Of a stretch of 64,000 nt of DNA, positions 37,166 to 51,044 are shown in pieces (the first letter of the stretch is position 1; the number at the start of each line of letters is the position of its first letter). This DNA is from Octopus sinensis (Eukaryota). Under the pieces are notes generated by a model, which saw nothing but the letters and a program-made list of their open reading frames with translations, had not been told where the DNA came from and made no database searches. The stretch spans positions 1,116,001-1,180,000 of the forward strand of contig NC_043009.1 in NCBI RefSeq assembly GCF_006345805.1, written 5' to 3'. The position numbers and the translations under genes are program-made.

Positions 37166-37566
37166 TAGTGCCGGTGGTGGCACACAAGAAAACCATCCGA
37201 ACGTGGCCGTAGCCAGTACCGTATCGACTGGCCTCCGTGCTGTGGGCACGTAACAAACACCATCCGATCGTGGCCATTCGCCAGCCTCATCTGGCACCTG
37301 TGTCGGGTGCACATAAAAACACCATCCGAGCGTGGCCGTTCGCCAGCTTCGTCTGGCACCTGTGTCGGTGGCACATAAAATAACCCACTACACTCTCGGA
37401 GTGGTTGGCGTTAGGAAGGGCATCCAGCTGTAGAAACACTGCCAGATCTGACTGGCCTGGTGCAGCCTTTGGGCTCCCCAGACCCCAGTTGAACCGTCCA
37501 ACCCATGCTAGCATGGAAAGCGGACGTTAAGTGATGATGATGATATATATATATATATACACATAC

Positions 37567-37598
<32 letters not shown>

Positions 37599-39803
37599 CA
37601 TCGTCGTCATCATCGTCGTTTAACGTCCGTTCTCCATGCTAGCATGGGTTGGACGGTTCGACCGGGGTTCTGGGAAGCCAGAAGGCTGCACCAGGCTCCA
37701 GTCTAATTTGGCAATGTTTCTACAGCTGGATGCCCTTCCTAACGCCAACCACTCCGTGAGTGTAGTGGGTGCTTTTTACGTGCCACCTGCACAGGTGCCA
37801 GGCGGGGCTGGCAACGGCCACGGTCAGATTGGTGTATTTTATGTGCCACCGGCACGGAAGCCAGTCGAGGCGGTGCTGGCATCGGCCACGAGTCGGATAG
37901 TGCTTTTTACGTACCACCAGACCAGGGATCCTGGCTGGTTCAATTCGATTTCGATTTCGCTTGCCCCAACATGTCTTCACAAGCAAAGGGGGTTGGCAAG
38001 GGTTGCCTGTCGTAGGTCGCATGGGAGTATTTTACGTGCCACGGCCACGAGTCGGATATTGCTTTTTACGTACCACCAGACCAGGGATCCTGGCTGGTTC
38101 AATTCGATTTCGATTTCGCTTGCCCCAACATGTCTTCACAAGCAAAGGGGGTTGGCATGGGTTGCCTGTCGTACGGTCGCATTGGAGTATTTTACGTGCC
38201 ACGGCCCCGAGTCGGATAGTGCTTTTTACGTACCACCAGGCCAGGGATCCTGGCTGGTTCAATTCGGTTTCGATTTCGATTTCGCTTGCCCCAACATGTC
38301 TTCGCAGGCATGGGGGGTTGGGATGGGTGTCTGTCGTCGGATGAGGTTCTATATCGACTTCGCTTGCCTCAACCGGTTTTTGTGTCCAAGGGAGGAAAGG
38401 CATTCATAAGTGGGCTGGGGGCTCACTTGTCCTGCCTGGTCTTCTCACGTACAGAATATTCCAAAGGTCTCGGTCTCTGGTCATTCCTCAGTGAGCCTAA
38501 AGTTCGAAGGTCGTGCTTCACCACCTCGTCCCAGGTTTCCTGGGTCTACCTCTTCCACGGGTTCCCTCAACTGCTAGGGATTGGCACTTTCTCACACACC
38601 TATCTTCATCCATTCTCGCCACATGACCATACCAGCGCAATCGTCTCTCTTGCAACACCACAATGATGCTTCTTAGGTACAACATTTCTCTCAAGGTGCT
38701 AACGCTCTGTCGAGTATGTACACTGACATTACACATCCATCGGAGCATACTGGCTTCATTCCTCACGAGCTTACGCATGTCCTCAGCAGTCACAGCCCAT
38801 GTTTCGCTGCCATGTAGCATGGCTGTTCGTACACACGCATCATACAGTCTGCCTTTTACTCTGAGCGAGAGGCCTTAGTCACCAGCAGAGGTAAGAGCTC
38901 CCTAAACTTTGCCCAGGCTATTCTTATTCTAGCAGTTACACTTTCAGCGCACCCACCCCCACTACTGACTTGGGCACCTAGATAACGGAAGCTATCAACT
39001 ACTTCTAGTTTTTCCCCCTGGAAAGTGACGGAAGTTGTTTTCTGCAGATTTTCGGAGGTTAATGCTCCCGAGCATCTGCCACATACAAAAACTATCTTCC
39101 CAGTTAGCCTACCTTTGACATTGCTGCACCTCTTATGTGTCCATAGCTTACACTGGGTACATCTTATAGAGTTTCTACCTACACCTTTTCTACAGATCGA
39201 GCAGGGCCATCTTCCTGAAGATATTGTGGATGGTCTACCTTTCTACTATTAGTACTTTGGTTTTAGCTAGGTTGACTCTAAGGCCCTTGATTCTAAACCC
39301 TCCTTCCACACCTGGAACTTCTCCTCCAGTTCTGATAGTGACTCAGCAATAAGAGCAAGGTCGTCAGCGTAGAGGAGCTCCCAGGGACAGCCTGTCTTGA
39401 ATTCCTCCGTAATTGCCTGGAGTACTATGATAAATAGGAGGGGGCTGAGTACTGAACCCTGGTGGACACCAACCTCTACTTTGAATTCTTCTGTGTACAT
39501 GTTGCCAACCCTAACCTTACTACGGCATCTCTGTACATGGCTTGCACAGTCCTCACCAGCCATTCATCTATCCCTAGTTCCCTCATTGACCACCAGATAA
39601 GGGATCGGGGGACCCTATCAAAAGCTTTCTCCATGTCAACGAAAGCCAGGTACAGGGGCTTATCTTTGGCTAGGTATTTCTCCTGCAGCTGCCTTACCAG
39701 GAATATAGCATCAGTGGTACTTTTTCCTGGCACGAACCCAAACTGCATCTCATCTAAACTAACTCTCTCTCTAATTAGTTGGGCTATGACCCTCGTTGGG
39801 CTA
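37599..39803 (-). mobile_element. RTE-clade LINE copy 2, 5'-truncated, frameshifted, with expanded 3'UTR
   Basis: [27 protein letters not shown]-like finger, GRGRPRK; (gat/gac)n tail. Confidence 0.92.
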
Positions 39804-40561
39804 CATATATATATACATATATATATATACACATATATATACACATATATATACACATATATATATACATATATATATACACATATATATATACATATAC
39901 ATATACATATATACACACATATATATACACATATACATATACATATATACACACATATATATATACATATACATATACATATATACACACATATATATAT
40001 ACATATACATATACATATATACACAAATATATATATACATATACATATATACACATATATATACACATATATATATATACATATACATATATATACACAT
40101 ATATATATACATATACATATATATATATACACATATATATATATACACATATATATATATATATACACACACATATATATATACACACATATATATATAT
40201 ATACACATATATATATACACATATATATATACACATATATATATACATATATATATATACACATATATATATATATATACACATATATATATATATATAC
40301 ACATATATATATACATATATATATACACATATATATATACATATACATATATATATATGTATACATATATATATATATACACATATATATATACATATAT
40401 ACATATATATATACATATATATATATATACACATATATATATACATATATATATATACATATATATACATATATATATATATATACTATATACATATATA
40501 TATATATAACATATATATACATATATATAATATATACACATATATAATAATATATACACAT

Positions 40562-40597
<36 letters not shown>

Positions 40598-40910
40598 TAT
40601 ATATACATATATACACATAATATATACAATATACACATATATATATACACAATATATATAACATATATACATACACATATATATATACACATATATATAT
40701 ATACATATAATATATACACATATATATATACACATATATATATACATATATATACACACATATATATACATATATATACACACATATATATACATATATA
40801 TACATTTACATAATATATAACATATATATATAATATATATATATACAATATATACATACATAAATATATTACATATATATATATATACATATATATACAT
40901 ATAATATACA

Positions 40911-40943
<33 letters not shown>

Positions 40944-41277
40944 CACATATATATATATATATATACACATATATATATATATACATATATATATATTATA
41001 TACATATATATATATATATACATACATATATATATATATACTATATATATATATATATATACATACATATATATATATATATACATATATTATATATACA
41101 TACATATATATACATTATATATACATACATATATATATATATACATATATATATATACATACATATATATATATACATACATTATATATATATACATACA
41201 ATATATATATACATACATATATATGTATATACATATATATATGTATATACATATATATATGTATATACATATATATA

Positions 41278-41325
<48 letters not shown>

Positions 41326-41385
41326 CTATATATACATAATATATACATAATATATATATATATATATACATATATATATAATATC
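39804..41385. repeat. ~1.6-kb compound TA-rich microsatellite
   Basis: Direct reading. Confidence 0.97.
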
Positions 41386-41404
41386 ATTAAATCCTTAAAA
41401 ATGT

Positions 41405-42222
41405 AAAAGCCCGAAGGCCGCAGCCATGCTGGGGCACCACCGCTGAATGATCTCCACTAGTTTGTGAATCCACCTCTGATATGTGGCACTTGATCAACAA
41501 GGGAGTACGATGCTGCTGCCCGCATCCGTGTCTCCTGTCGTGAGGTAGGTTCATCTGGGACTCCCAACAATAAGAGATCCAGTTCAGTTTTAAAGAAACC
41601 TACATCCACACCATGTAAGTCTCTCAGGCATTTAGGGAGGATGTTAAAGAGCTGTGGTCCTCTGAAACCCAAGCTGTTGCAGTATCTGGACCTGTATTTT
41701 GATGGTGATGTTGGAATCCTTGGCACCACGCAGCGGCGCCCCGTTCTGCGGTTGGAGTAACTTTGAATGCCAAAGTTTGGGACAGGATTTTCCAGATGTA
41801 TATCACTGCATATCTCTCCCGCCTCCGCTCTAGGGAGAAGAGGTTTAATACCTTCAGTCTTTCCCAGTAGCTGATATTTTGCATTGAGACGATTTTCTTT
41901 GTGTAGCTTCTCTGAATTGCTTCGAGTTCTGCTGTTTGTTTTATATTGTGTGGTGACCAAAGTTGGGAGCAGTAGTCCAAGCGGCTGAGGACAAATGTTT
42001 TCCATAGGACCATCAGTGTCTCCTTCTCTCTTGTTCTGAAAGTTCGGAGAATCCATCCAGCTAGCCGTCTGCATTTTATCACTAGATTAGCAATATGCAT
42101 TTGGAAAGATGCATCATTGCTCATGTCAATGCCCAGTTCACGCACTGATTTTGACTCAGGGATTGCAATTCTTCCTGGGCCAGTGTATCCAGTCTTCACG
42201 TCATTTACCTTTGTGTGCCAAT
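41405..42222 (-). mobile_element. CR1 3' fragment (diverged subfamily)
   Basis: [33 protein letters not shown]. Confidence 0.9.
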
Positions 42223-42223
42223 G

Positions 42224-42264
42224 TATACATATATACATACATATATATATATATACATATATAT

Positions 42265-42334
<70 letters not shown>

Positions 42335-43033
42335 GTATATATAATATATATATATGTATATATATATATGTGTATGTATATATATATGTATATATATATA
42401 TGTATGTATATATATATGTATATATATATATATATGTATATATATGTATTATATATATGTATATATATATATATATATGTAATATATGTATATACATATA
42501 TGTATATATATGTATATATATATATATATATACATATAATATATACATACATGTATATATATATAATACATATATATATACATACATGTATATATATATA
42601 TAACATATAATATTATACATATATATATATATATATACATATACAAACGATGATGATGATGATGATGATATATATACATCATCTCATCATCATCGTTTAA
42701 CGTCCGTTCTCCATGCTAGCATGGGTTGGACGGTTTGACCGGGGTCTGGGAAGCAGAAGGCTGCACCAGGCTCAAGTTATATGGCAGTTTCTACAGCTGG
42801 ATGCCCTTCCTAACGCCAACCACTCCGTGAGTGTAGTGGGTGCTTTTTACGTGCCACCTGCACATATATATATATACATACATATATATATATAATATAT
42901 ATACATACATCTATATATACATACATATATATATACATACATATATACATACATATATATATACCTACATATAAATACTATATATATACATAATATATAC
43001 ATACATATATATATACATACATATATACATACA

Positions 43034-43065
<32 letters not shown>

Positions 43066-43066
43066 C

Positions 43067-43134
<68 letters not shown>

Positions 43135-43135
43135 C
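42224..43135. repeat. TA-rich microsatellites interrupted by an RTE 3'UTR copy
   Basis: Direct reading. Confidence 0.9.
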
Positions 43136-43589
43136 GGTTATATATATCGGTTCCGTTTTCAGCAGAGAAAGACGTGATTGCCTTTGCTCTGTGAAAAAGT
43201 TTGCATAGAACGGCGAAATAACCCACTGTAGTTACAAAACGTAAAACTCTAAGTCATAGAGATCACTACAACACTTTGGTTTAAAAATATTTTAAAAAAT
43301 ATATATATAAATATATACATATACACAGTAATTTTCATTTTCGCCGAAACGCACATGGTGCAAAAATAACTGAATCAAGTTATCTCCTGCAAGAAAGAAA
43401 AAAGAAGCATCTCTCCTGAAAAAAATCCCGTAAACCATAAAAAAATAATCCAGACCACATTGTTGGATTAAGTATCAATTTCATCTATTTCATATTTTAT
43501 TTATTATTCTATTTTATCTTTCACTTAGGCCCACATCTTAGTTAAAGTTGCGATCGTCATTTGTTTGTTTACATTTTCAATATCTGTTC

Positions 43590-44160
43590 TCGATTAATAA
43601 TTTTCCAGATACTCTATCTTCTAATTAGCCTTAAGATAAATTAAATAAGTTTAATATTGATACCGTCAAATTAGCCTTAGGATTAAATTAAATAACGTTT
43701 AATATTGTTTAATAGTGTTAATAATTATTGTTAATTAGCCTTAAGATTAAATTAAATAACGTTTAATATTGTTTTAATATTGTTAATAATTTTTCAGATA
43801 CTCTATCTTCTAATTAGCCTTATGATTAAATTAAATAACGTTTAATATTAAAAACGTCTAATTAGCCTTAGGATTAAATTAAATAACGTTTAATATTGTT
43901 AATAATTATTGTTAATTAGCCTTAGGATTAAATTAAATAACGTTTAACATTGTTTAATATTGTTAATAATTACTGTTAATTAGCCTTAAGATTAAATTAA
44001 ATAACGTTTGATATTACCCACACTCTAATATAATATTAACATTGCTAATATATTTTCAGATACTCTATCTCCTGATTAGCCTTAAGATTAAATAACGTTT
44101 TTATCCACACTCTAATATAATATTAATATTGCTAATATATTTTCAGATACTCTATCTTCT
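43590..44160. repeat. AT-rich satellite, core aattagccttaRgattaaattaaataacgttt, about 8 units
   Basis: Direct reading; runs into the gap. Confidence 0.9.
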
Positions 44161-44260
44161 NNNNNNNNNNNNNNNNNNNNNNNNNNNNNNNNNNNNNNNN
44201 NNNNNNNNNNNNNNNNNNNNNNNNNNNNNNNNNNNNNNNNNNNNNNNNNNNNNNNNNNNN
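44161..44260. other. Assembly gap (100 N)
   Basis: N run. Confidence 1.
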
Positions 44261-45499
44261 TGCCACACAGTAGGACAGAACCCAGAACTATGAGGTTGGG
44301 AAGCAAGCTTCTTACACAAACTTTTGTATGGAATCTTTCAAATATGTTGTAAATGCAGAGTTTTATTTCTGTTATTTTGGTATTTTTATTTACCTTTTCA
44401 CATTCATTAGCAACTTTCATGATCTACATCTTCCAACAGCGTTGCCGTACTGGCACGTGAACAAAACATTCGAGTGAGGTTATTGCCAGTGCTGCTGGAC
44501 TGAATCCTGTGCAGGTGGCACGTAAAAAACACCATTTGAGCGCGGCCGTTGCCAGTACTGCTAGACTGGCCCTCATGCCGATGGCACGTAAAAGCATTCA
44601 CTACACTCACGGAGTGGTTGGCTTTAGGAAGGGCACCCAGCTGTAGAAACTCTGCCAGATCAGATTGGAGCCTGGTGCAGCCATCTGGTTTGCCAGTCTT
44701 CAGTCAAATCGTCCAACCCATGCCAGCATGGAAAGCGGACGTTAAATGATGATCTCCTCATTATTGATGGCTTGTTAAATCTCCCTGAGAACTATGTTAA
44801 GTTTATCTGTGGAGTGCTCAGCCACTTGCATGTTAATTTTACATGTTGGCTGGAACCCTTGTTGCCGTAAACAATGGAATGCCAGTTTTACCTAAAAAGC
44901 TAATAAAATGCTTCTCCAGAAGCAACTTACTTAAAACTAGAATCCATGCCTACACGTAACATTCTGATGGCAGATTTCCATTTCTGGTCTATTGCCAATT
45001 AAATTAATTATACCTTATGCCAAATAATATAAAATAAGATAGTGAACTAATGAAGTGTAAAAGGTGTTTCAGTATTCATTCCATTCACCAGTGTTCCAAG
45101 TTCCAATCATGGCAACAGCAAGATCAAGTAATTGGCAACAACCTATTTGTTGATGAGTGTTCATCTTGACAATCACATGATGGTTGTAAACAAGCATCAC
45201 CGTCATACAAGTGGGGTTGTTCTTTTCCAGTCTTCTGTGAAAAACAAATGTCTAGCTATGGAGGAAAATATTTCTTTACTTGGAAATAGGTGAGGATTGG
45301 TGACAGTAAAGGAATCCAACCATAGAACAACTCTGCCTTGACAAATTCCATGTGACCCATGCAAAAGTGGATGTTAAAATTATGATTTCTTTCAGCTGAC
45401 AGGGGCTGAATGAATCTGCTATACTCAAGTATCTTATAGTGCCTAATGCTAGACCGGTGTTCATTCTAGAATTCAGTGGTAGTTTAGCCTGGTGGTTGA

Positions 45500-46977
45500 T
45501 GTTATTTAAGATATTAGCTCCAATTTATTATTTTTTTTTAATTAAGAGCCCAGGACTTTTTCTACTCACTAATGAAGAAAAAGAAAGAGTGACAAAATGA
45601 GACAAAAAAAAACAAATACAGTAGACATTTTAAGAATAAAACAACATTTATTCATTTTGAAGATGTCCAAAAGTAAAAAGCTTCCTGCTTATGTGCCTCC
45701 TTTAGTGGCTGTTCTGTAAGATTTTTTCTCTTTTTAATTTTTTTTTTTTTAATTACTTATATGGCAAAATATACATTAGTAATTGCTAGTTTGCAGCAGA
45801 AGAAGCAAGCTGGAGTAAAGGAATGGTAGCGACTTTGGAGAAATTCAGCAATGTACAACAAGTTAGTGGCTACTTCAGATGAAATCACTTGCACTAATCG
45901 TGACCATAGTCGTAGTTCTGGTTGGTTGAGGTTTTATGTTTTAAAAATTTTTTTTGTGGTTTAAAAAATATATAATATATATATAACAGAGAGAGAGAAT
46001 TCTACAAGGCAACAATGTTGTGATAGCAAAGTTTGCTTAAGGCATACCACAACACTGGGATAAAAAAAGCTACAGAACTCTTTTTCTGCATTTAAAGTAT
46101 GGGAATGCTGCCTGGATTTGACTGCTTTTTGAAATAGAACCAGAATTTTTTTTTTTTTGAAAGAAAAAGGGGAGGGGAGGGGATTAATTAACGCTTTGTA
46201 TAAAAACCAAGCATTATTTCGAAATTTCTTTGAAGAAAAACAAACAGAAAGATGAAATAGAAATACATCTTTGAGAGAAGAGAGAAGAGAGGAGAGAGAG
46301 AGAGAGAGAAGAGAAATTAGATGAACAAGCAACTGAAATAAGTATTTCGGCTGTAAAACAGAGATGGGCGGATATGCAACTGGATAAAGCAAAAAAGAAA
46401 ATAAATAAAAGGCAAGAAATAATAGAAATGTGTAAAAAAAAAAAAAATTAAACAAAGATCTAAATCGTTATTAGATTATTTTTCACAGAAAGAAAAAAAA
46501 AAGGAAAGTAGAAATAAAACCTAAATGCTAGCTACAATCCTACCCCCTCTGCCTTTCCAATGAAAGAGCAGCTAATACTAACAGACCCTCCTCACCCAAT
46601 GTATGTACCTTGCAGTTTTCCCACCCATCCTTTATTTTTCAGGGGGGAGGATAAAAAAAAAAAAACTAAGAAAATATACATCTTAAAAAATAGGAAGTTA
46701 AAAAGGTATTTTTTCTCCTTAAGAAGACAAAAAAAAACAAACAAAACAATGTAAATTCCAAAGAGAACTCTTGAAGGAAAATTTAAAAGAATTTTTTTTG
46801 TAGTCTTTTCTGCTTTCTTTTAAAAGAAAAAAAAATATAATATATATATATATATAAAAAAGATTAAAAAAAAGTCCAGGCATTTTACTGCAAAATATAA
46901 ATTAGGACATTGTCCATCAAGCGTCTTTTGGATTTTATAAAAAAGAAAATGCTTGGGCAGAGAGAAACTATGCAAAT

Positions 46978-47015
<38 letters not shown>

Positions 47016-47515
47016 GGAGATGCATGTGCCACACTGATGCTCACCCCCAAATGGAGACTTTCTTTTATATTTCACTTCTGATTATCATCATAATGTCTTT
47101 TTACATTATAATCAGAATATGTTTCCTCCATCAACTCATCTTCCAAATCAAACAGATGGAGTGATAATTTACAAATAATATATATATATATATAAGCCAC
47201 GTCAGATGCCAGGATGAATTTAAGGTACAAGAGGCGGTCAGACTCTGCATAAGTAGTAAGACAACCACCATATATATTATATATATATTATATTGGTTTC
47301 AGATACATATACATATATCTGTAACTTTAGATTTTCATTTTCCTCTAACATTGACATGAAACAGGAATTATTATTATTACTATTATTATTAATCATAATA
47401 ATAATAATAATAATATAAAGTACACCCCCCCAGCTCTCCAACTTTTACCATTATTATGAATTTCCAGTATGTGTGTGTGATTTGTTGTTTATAATTTATG
47501 TAACACAAATCCTTT

Positions 47516-47567
<52 letters not shown>

Positions 47568-48141
47568 TATATACATATATATATATGACAGAACTAGAAT
47601 TCATGTGGGAGTCTTTCAAAAGACACATTTCCAGACATCATCAGAATGATATCTTTTAGTCTTTACTGCAGATAATTATTATTTTGTTTGTTCCATTTTG
47701 TTCTTGTATTTTTCCTTTTTTTAGTCGAAAATTAACCAGAAACTATTGGTAAAAAAAAAAAAAATTGAAATAAAATAAAATTAAAGATGGGAGAGGGAGA
47801 TGGAGGAGAAAGCGTATGGTGGCACATCGATGGAAGAGTACAAACAAGGAGAGGAGCAAGGGGGCAGAGTTGAAGGTTACTGGGAGTCAGCTATACCAGC
47901 AGTTAGAGAGGAGGAGGAGGAGAACTGCCCTAGTCAATTAAGACAAAAGAGAAATAATAATAATGAGGACCGACTAGGAAGTCTGTTATTTTTGTTTTCT
48001 TTGAACGTTTGTTGCAGTAGTAATAAAAAAACAGATGATCGTTCTTCAGCCACTTGGCTATGGTTTATAGCAGGCATAGGCATCGAGGAAACGATAAGAT
48101 GTTGTGAACACTGGTATATCGCACACATTCTCACTGTTACA
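45500..48141 (-). other. Probable terminal 3'UTR exon of cora (3' end position uncertain)
   Basis: Strong acceptor atttctttttttcag at 48142; TE-poor A/T-tract-rich sequence; AATAAA on - near 45650 and 45525. Confidence 0.5.
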
Positions 48142-49641
48142 CTGAAAAAAGAAATTTGAAATATATTATTATTGCTTTTATTATCTGTGAAATATAATAA
48201 CAACTGTTTCAAATTTTAACACGAGGCCAGCAGATTTAGGGGAACGGGAAGGCAATTACTTTGAGCCTAGTGTTTAACTGGTCCTTATTTCATAGACCTC
48301 GAAAGGGTGAAAAGCTAAGTTGATCTTGGTGGCATCTAAGTTCAGAATGTTAAGTCAGAAGGAATGCCACTAAGTATTTTCAGCTTGCTGCCATAATAAT
48401 AATAATAATAATTCTTTCTTATTTTAGCACAACAATTTTGAGGGGTGGGGAAGCTGATTACGTCAACCCCCAGCTCTCAACTGGAACGTATTTTATTGAC
48501 TCCAAAAGGATGAAAGGCAGAGTCGTCCTCGGCAGAATTTGAACTAAGAATGTAAAACTGGATAAAATGAATGCCAAGCATAATTAACAATCCTTTCCAC
48601 TAACGGTGAAAGGCCTGAAATTTGGCGGGAGGGGACTAATGAATTACATTGGACGCCAGTGTTTCACTGGTACTTAATTTATTGACTCCAAAAGGATGAA
48701 AGGCAAAGTTGACCTTGGCAGAATTTGAACTCAGAATGTAGAGATGGATAAAATGCTGCTAAGCATTTTGTCCAGTGTGCTGACGATTCTGCCAGCTCAC
48801 CACTTTAATAATAATAATCCTTTCTACTGTAGGCACAAGGCCTCAAAAATTGACCCCAGTACAATACTGGTATGTAATTTATTGACCCCAAAAGGATGAA
48901 AAGCAAAGTCAACCTCAGTGGAATTTGAACTCAGAATGTAGCTACAGGCAAAATATCGGTGAGCATTTCACCTGGCATGCTAACGATTTTGCCAGCTCAC
49001 CGACTTAATAATAATAATCGTTTCTACTAAAGGTGCCAGGCCTGAAATTTGTGGGGAGAAGACTATTCGATTACATTAACCCCCAGTGTTTTACTGGTAC
49101 TTAATTTATTGACCCTGAAAAGGTTAAATAAAAGCCTGAAAACAAGAAATGGAAGTTTTAATTGAGGCAGCAATAATTGATTCCTATCAATAGCATAACG
49201 AGTCAAATGTTTGGTTGATTAAATTGACCTTCAAAACTGATTGGTACTTTATTTTATCAACCTTGGAATGATGAATGGTAAAGTCGACAGCATAAGGTTT
49301 TGAGTTTGGAGATATGAAGGTCCTGTAACTAAACACTGCAAGACATTTATCTGATGTTATGAATCTGCCAAAAATCCATAAGTCAACAAGGGAAACTCTA
49401 TGCAAAACAACAAGGCAGCTTGGATATGGTCAGTTGTTAGCAATCGTAGTCATATTTCTTTTGAATCACGCTTCGGTTGTTTGTTTAACATCCATTTTGC
49501 CATGGCTTGGATAGAAAGTGATTTTGAAGTAGGACTTTACAACCAGAGTGGAATGCTTTTAATTGTGACTAACCAGGGTTTTCCAACAACACCAACATAA
49601 ACAAATTTAAAGAAAGTATAAGGGAGAGTGGCTGTACTTAC

Positions 49642-49772
49642 TGAAGGGTCTCAAACAATACTGAAAGATGTTAGTCATCATTTACTTCTTCAATTTCCCT
49701 CATGTATTCTATTTTTTCCACAGACAAGTCAGCGTTCATCTGTGTTACAGAACGGATTGCCTCTGCAAGTGC
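49642..49772 (-). CDS. cora: cora exon [33 protein letters not shown] plus 29 nt UTR
   Basis: tttgattccag acceptor; TAA at 49673-49671; gtaagt donor after 49642. Confidence 0.9.
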
Positions 49773-50990
49773 CTGGAATCAAAGAGCAACACAACAAATT
49801 AATCATAGTATTTACTAGTAAATTAGGAAGGAGATAGGTGAATAGATCGAAGTGGAAATGCTTGATTGAGGAAGTAACAAGCCAACCAGAAGGTGTTGTA
49901 ACTGCAGGCGAATACTGGCACCTCCAAGTAAACCTTATTGCATGACTTGATTAACTCAACAGCCAAGCATAGAGTACATTTAAGAGAGGTGGGTCAGACT
50001 TCCAAATAAAATTATATATATAATTATCTGAACAGTGGATCAAAAGTTCAACGAAAGAAATCAAAAAAGACTGAAAGATGCAGATGTTAATAATTTTAAA
50101 TGCCAACAGTAGATTTGAAAAGCTATTCTAGGAGCAGGTAGTCTGGGTTTTTTCTATCACTCTGGCATTCCACTTTTGAATTTGAGATCTTTTCAAAATT
50201 GATTCTTCTTCTAAAGGTTCAAGGGTCATCCTTACTCTCCGTCATCATTGCTTAAGGTCTGTTTTCCATGCTGGCAGGCGTTGCAGGGATTGTCATCCCC
50301 TAGAAAAAAACCACCAATAGGTCACAAGCTTCATGTCTTCACCAGGTACAATGCAAATATATCACAGGTTTTGTTCAGAAGAGGGTTTCAGCTCAGCGCT
50401 ACAAACTTAACGGCTTCCAATTATACACAACTAAGAGTAGATAACTCCTCCAGATGTTTCTTCATTTCTTGCTTCCAAAAATGGTCACAGAATCTTCCCC
50501 TCCCTCACACACAAAAAAAGAAACAAACAACACAAAAGCTTTACTCACAGCATCATAATCAATATCATCATTATCACTGGTGATGGTCACTTTCTTTTCT
50601 ACTCGTGTCTCGATCATTCCATCCTTCTCAGTTCGATACTGAAGTTGCAGGAGGTGGGGGGGGGGGAGGAGAAAAAATAAAACAAAAGAACATACAAAAA
50701 TACATGAAAATAGAAACGTGGGTTTATTTTGCATTCAGATATTTTCCTCTTCATTTTAAAACAATTTTTATATCAGAGCAGAACAATAAAAAAAAAACAA
50801 AATGCATTTTTCTTTCAAATAGGGATAAATTTATATTATAACTTGGTTAAATAAACGTCCACTTGATACAGAAAATTACCAAAAAGCCTAATTCTATATG
50901 AAAGTTCAGAAGAATGATTCTAAATCAGTTTGTCCCTAATACATTTCTTTTCTATATCAATCCCTGTAAAACAAGTTATGAAATTATATA

Positions 50991-51044
<54 letters not shown>

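Noticed and set aside
39476-40561. 361-aa ORF fusing repeat peptide to RT
   Set aside because: Microsatellite happens to be in frame with a truncated, frameshifted RTE.
43590-44160. CRISPR-like repeat-spacer pattern
   Set aside because: Eukaryotic context, no cas genes, and spacers are reused sub-repeats.
47934-48212. 92-aa ORF on - and 119-aa ORF on +
   Set aside because: No homology recognised; lies in the probable 3'UTR and spans an acceptor.
22863-49671. TTF2-cora linkage as ancient synteny
   Set aside because: Cannot be assessed from this window.
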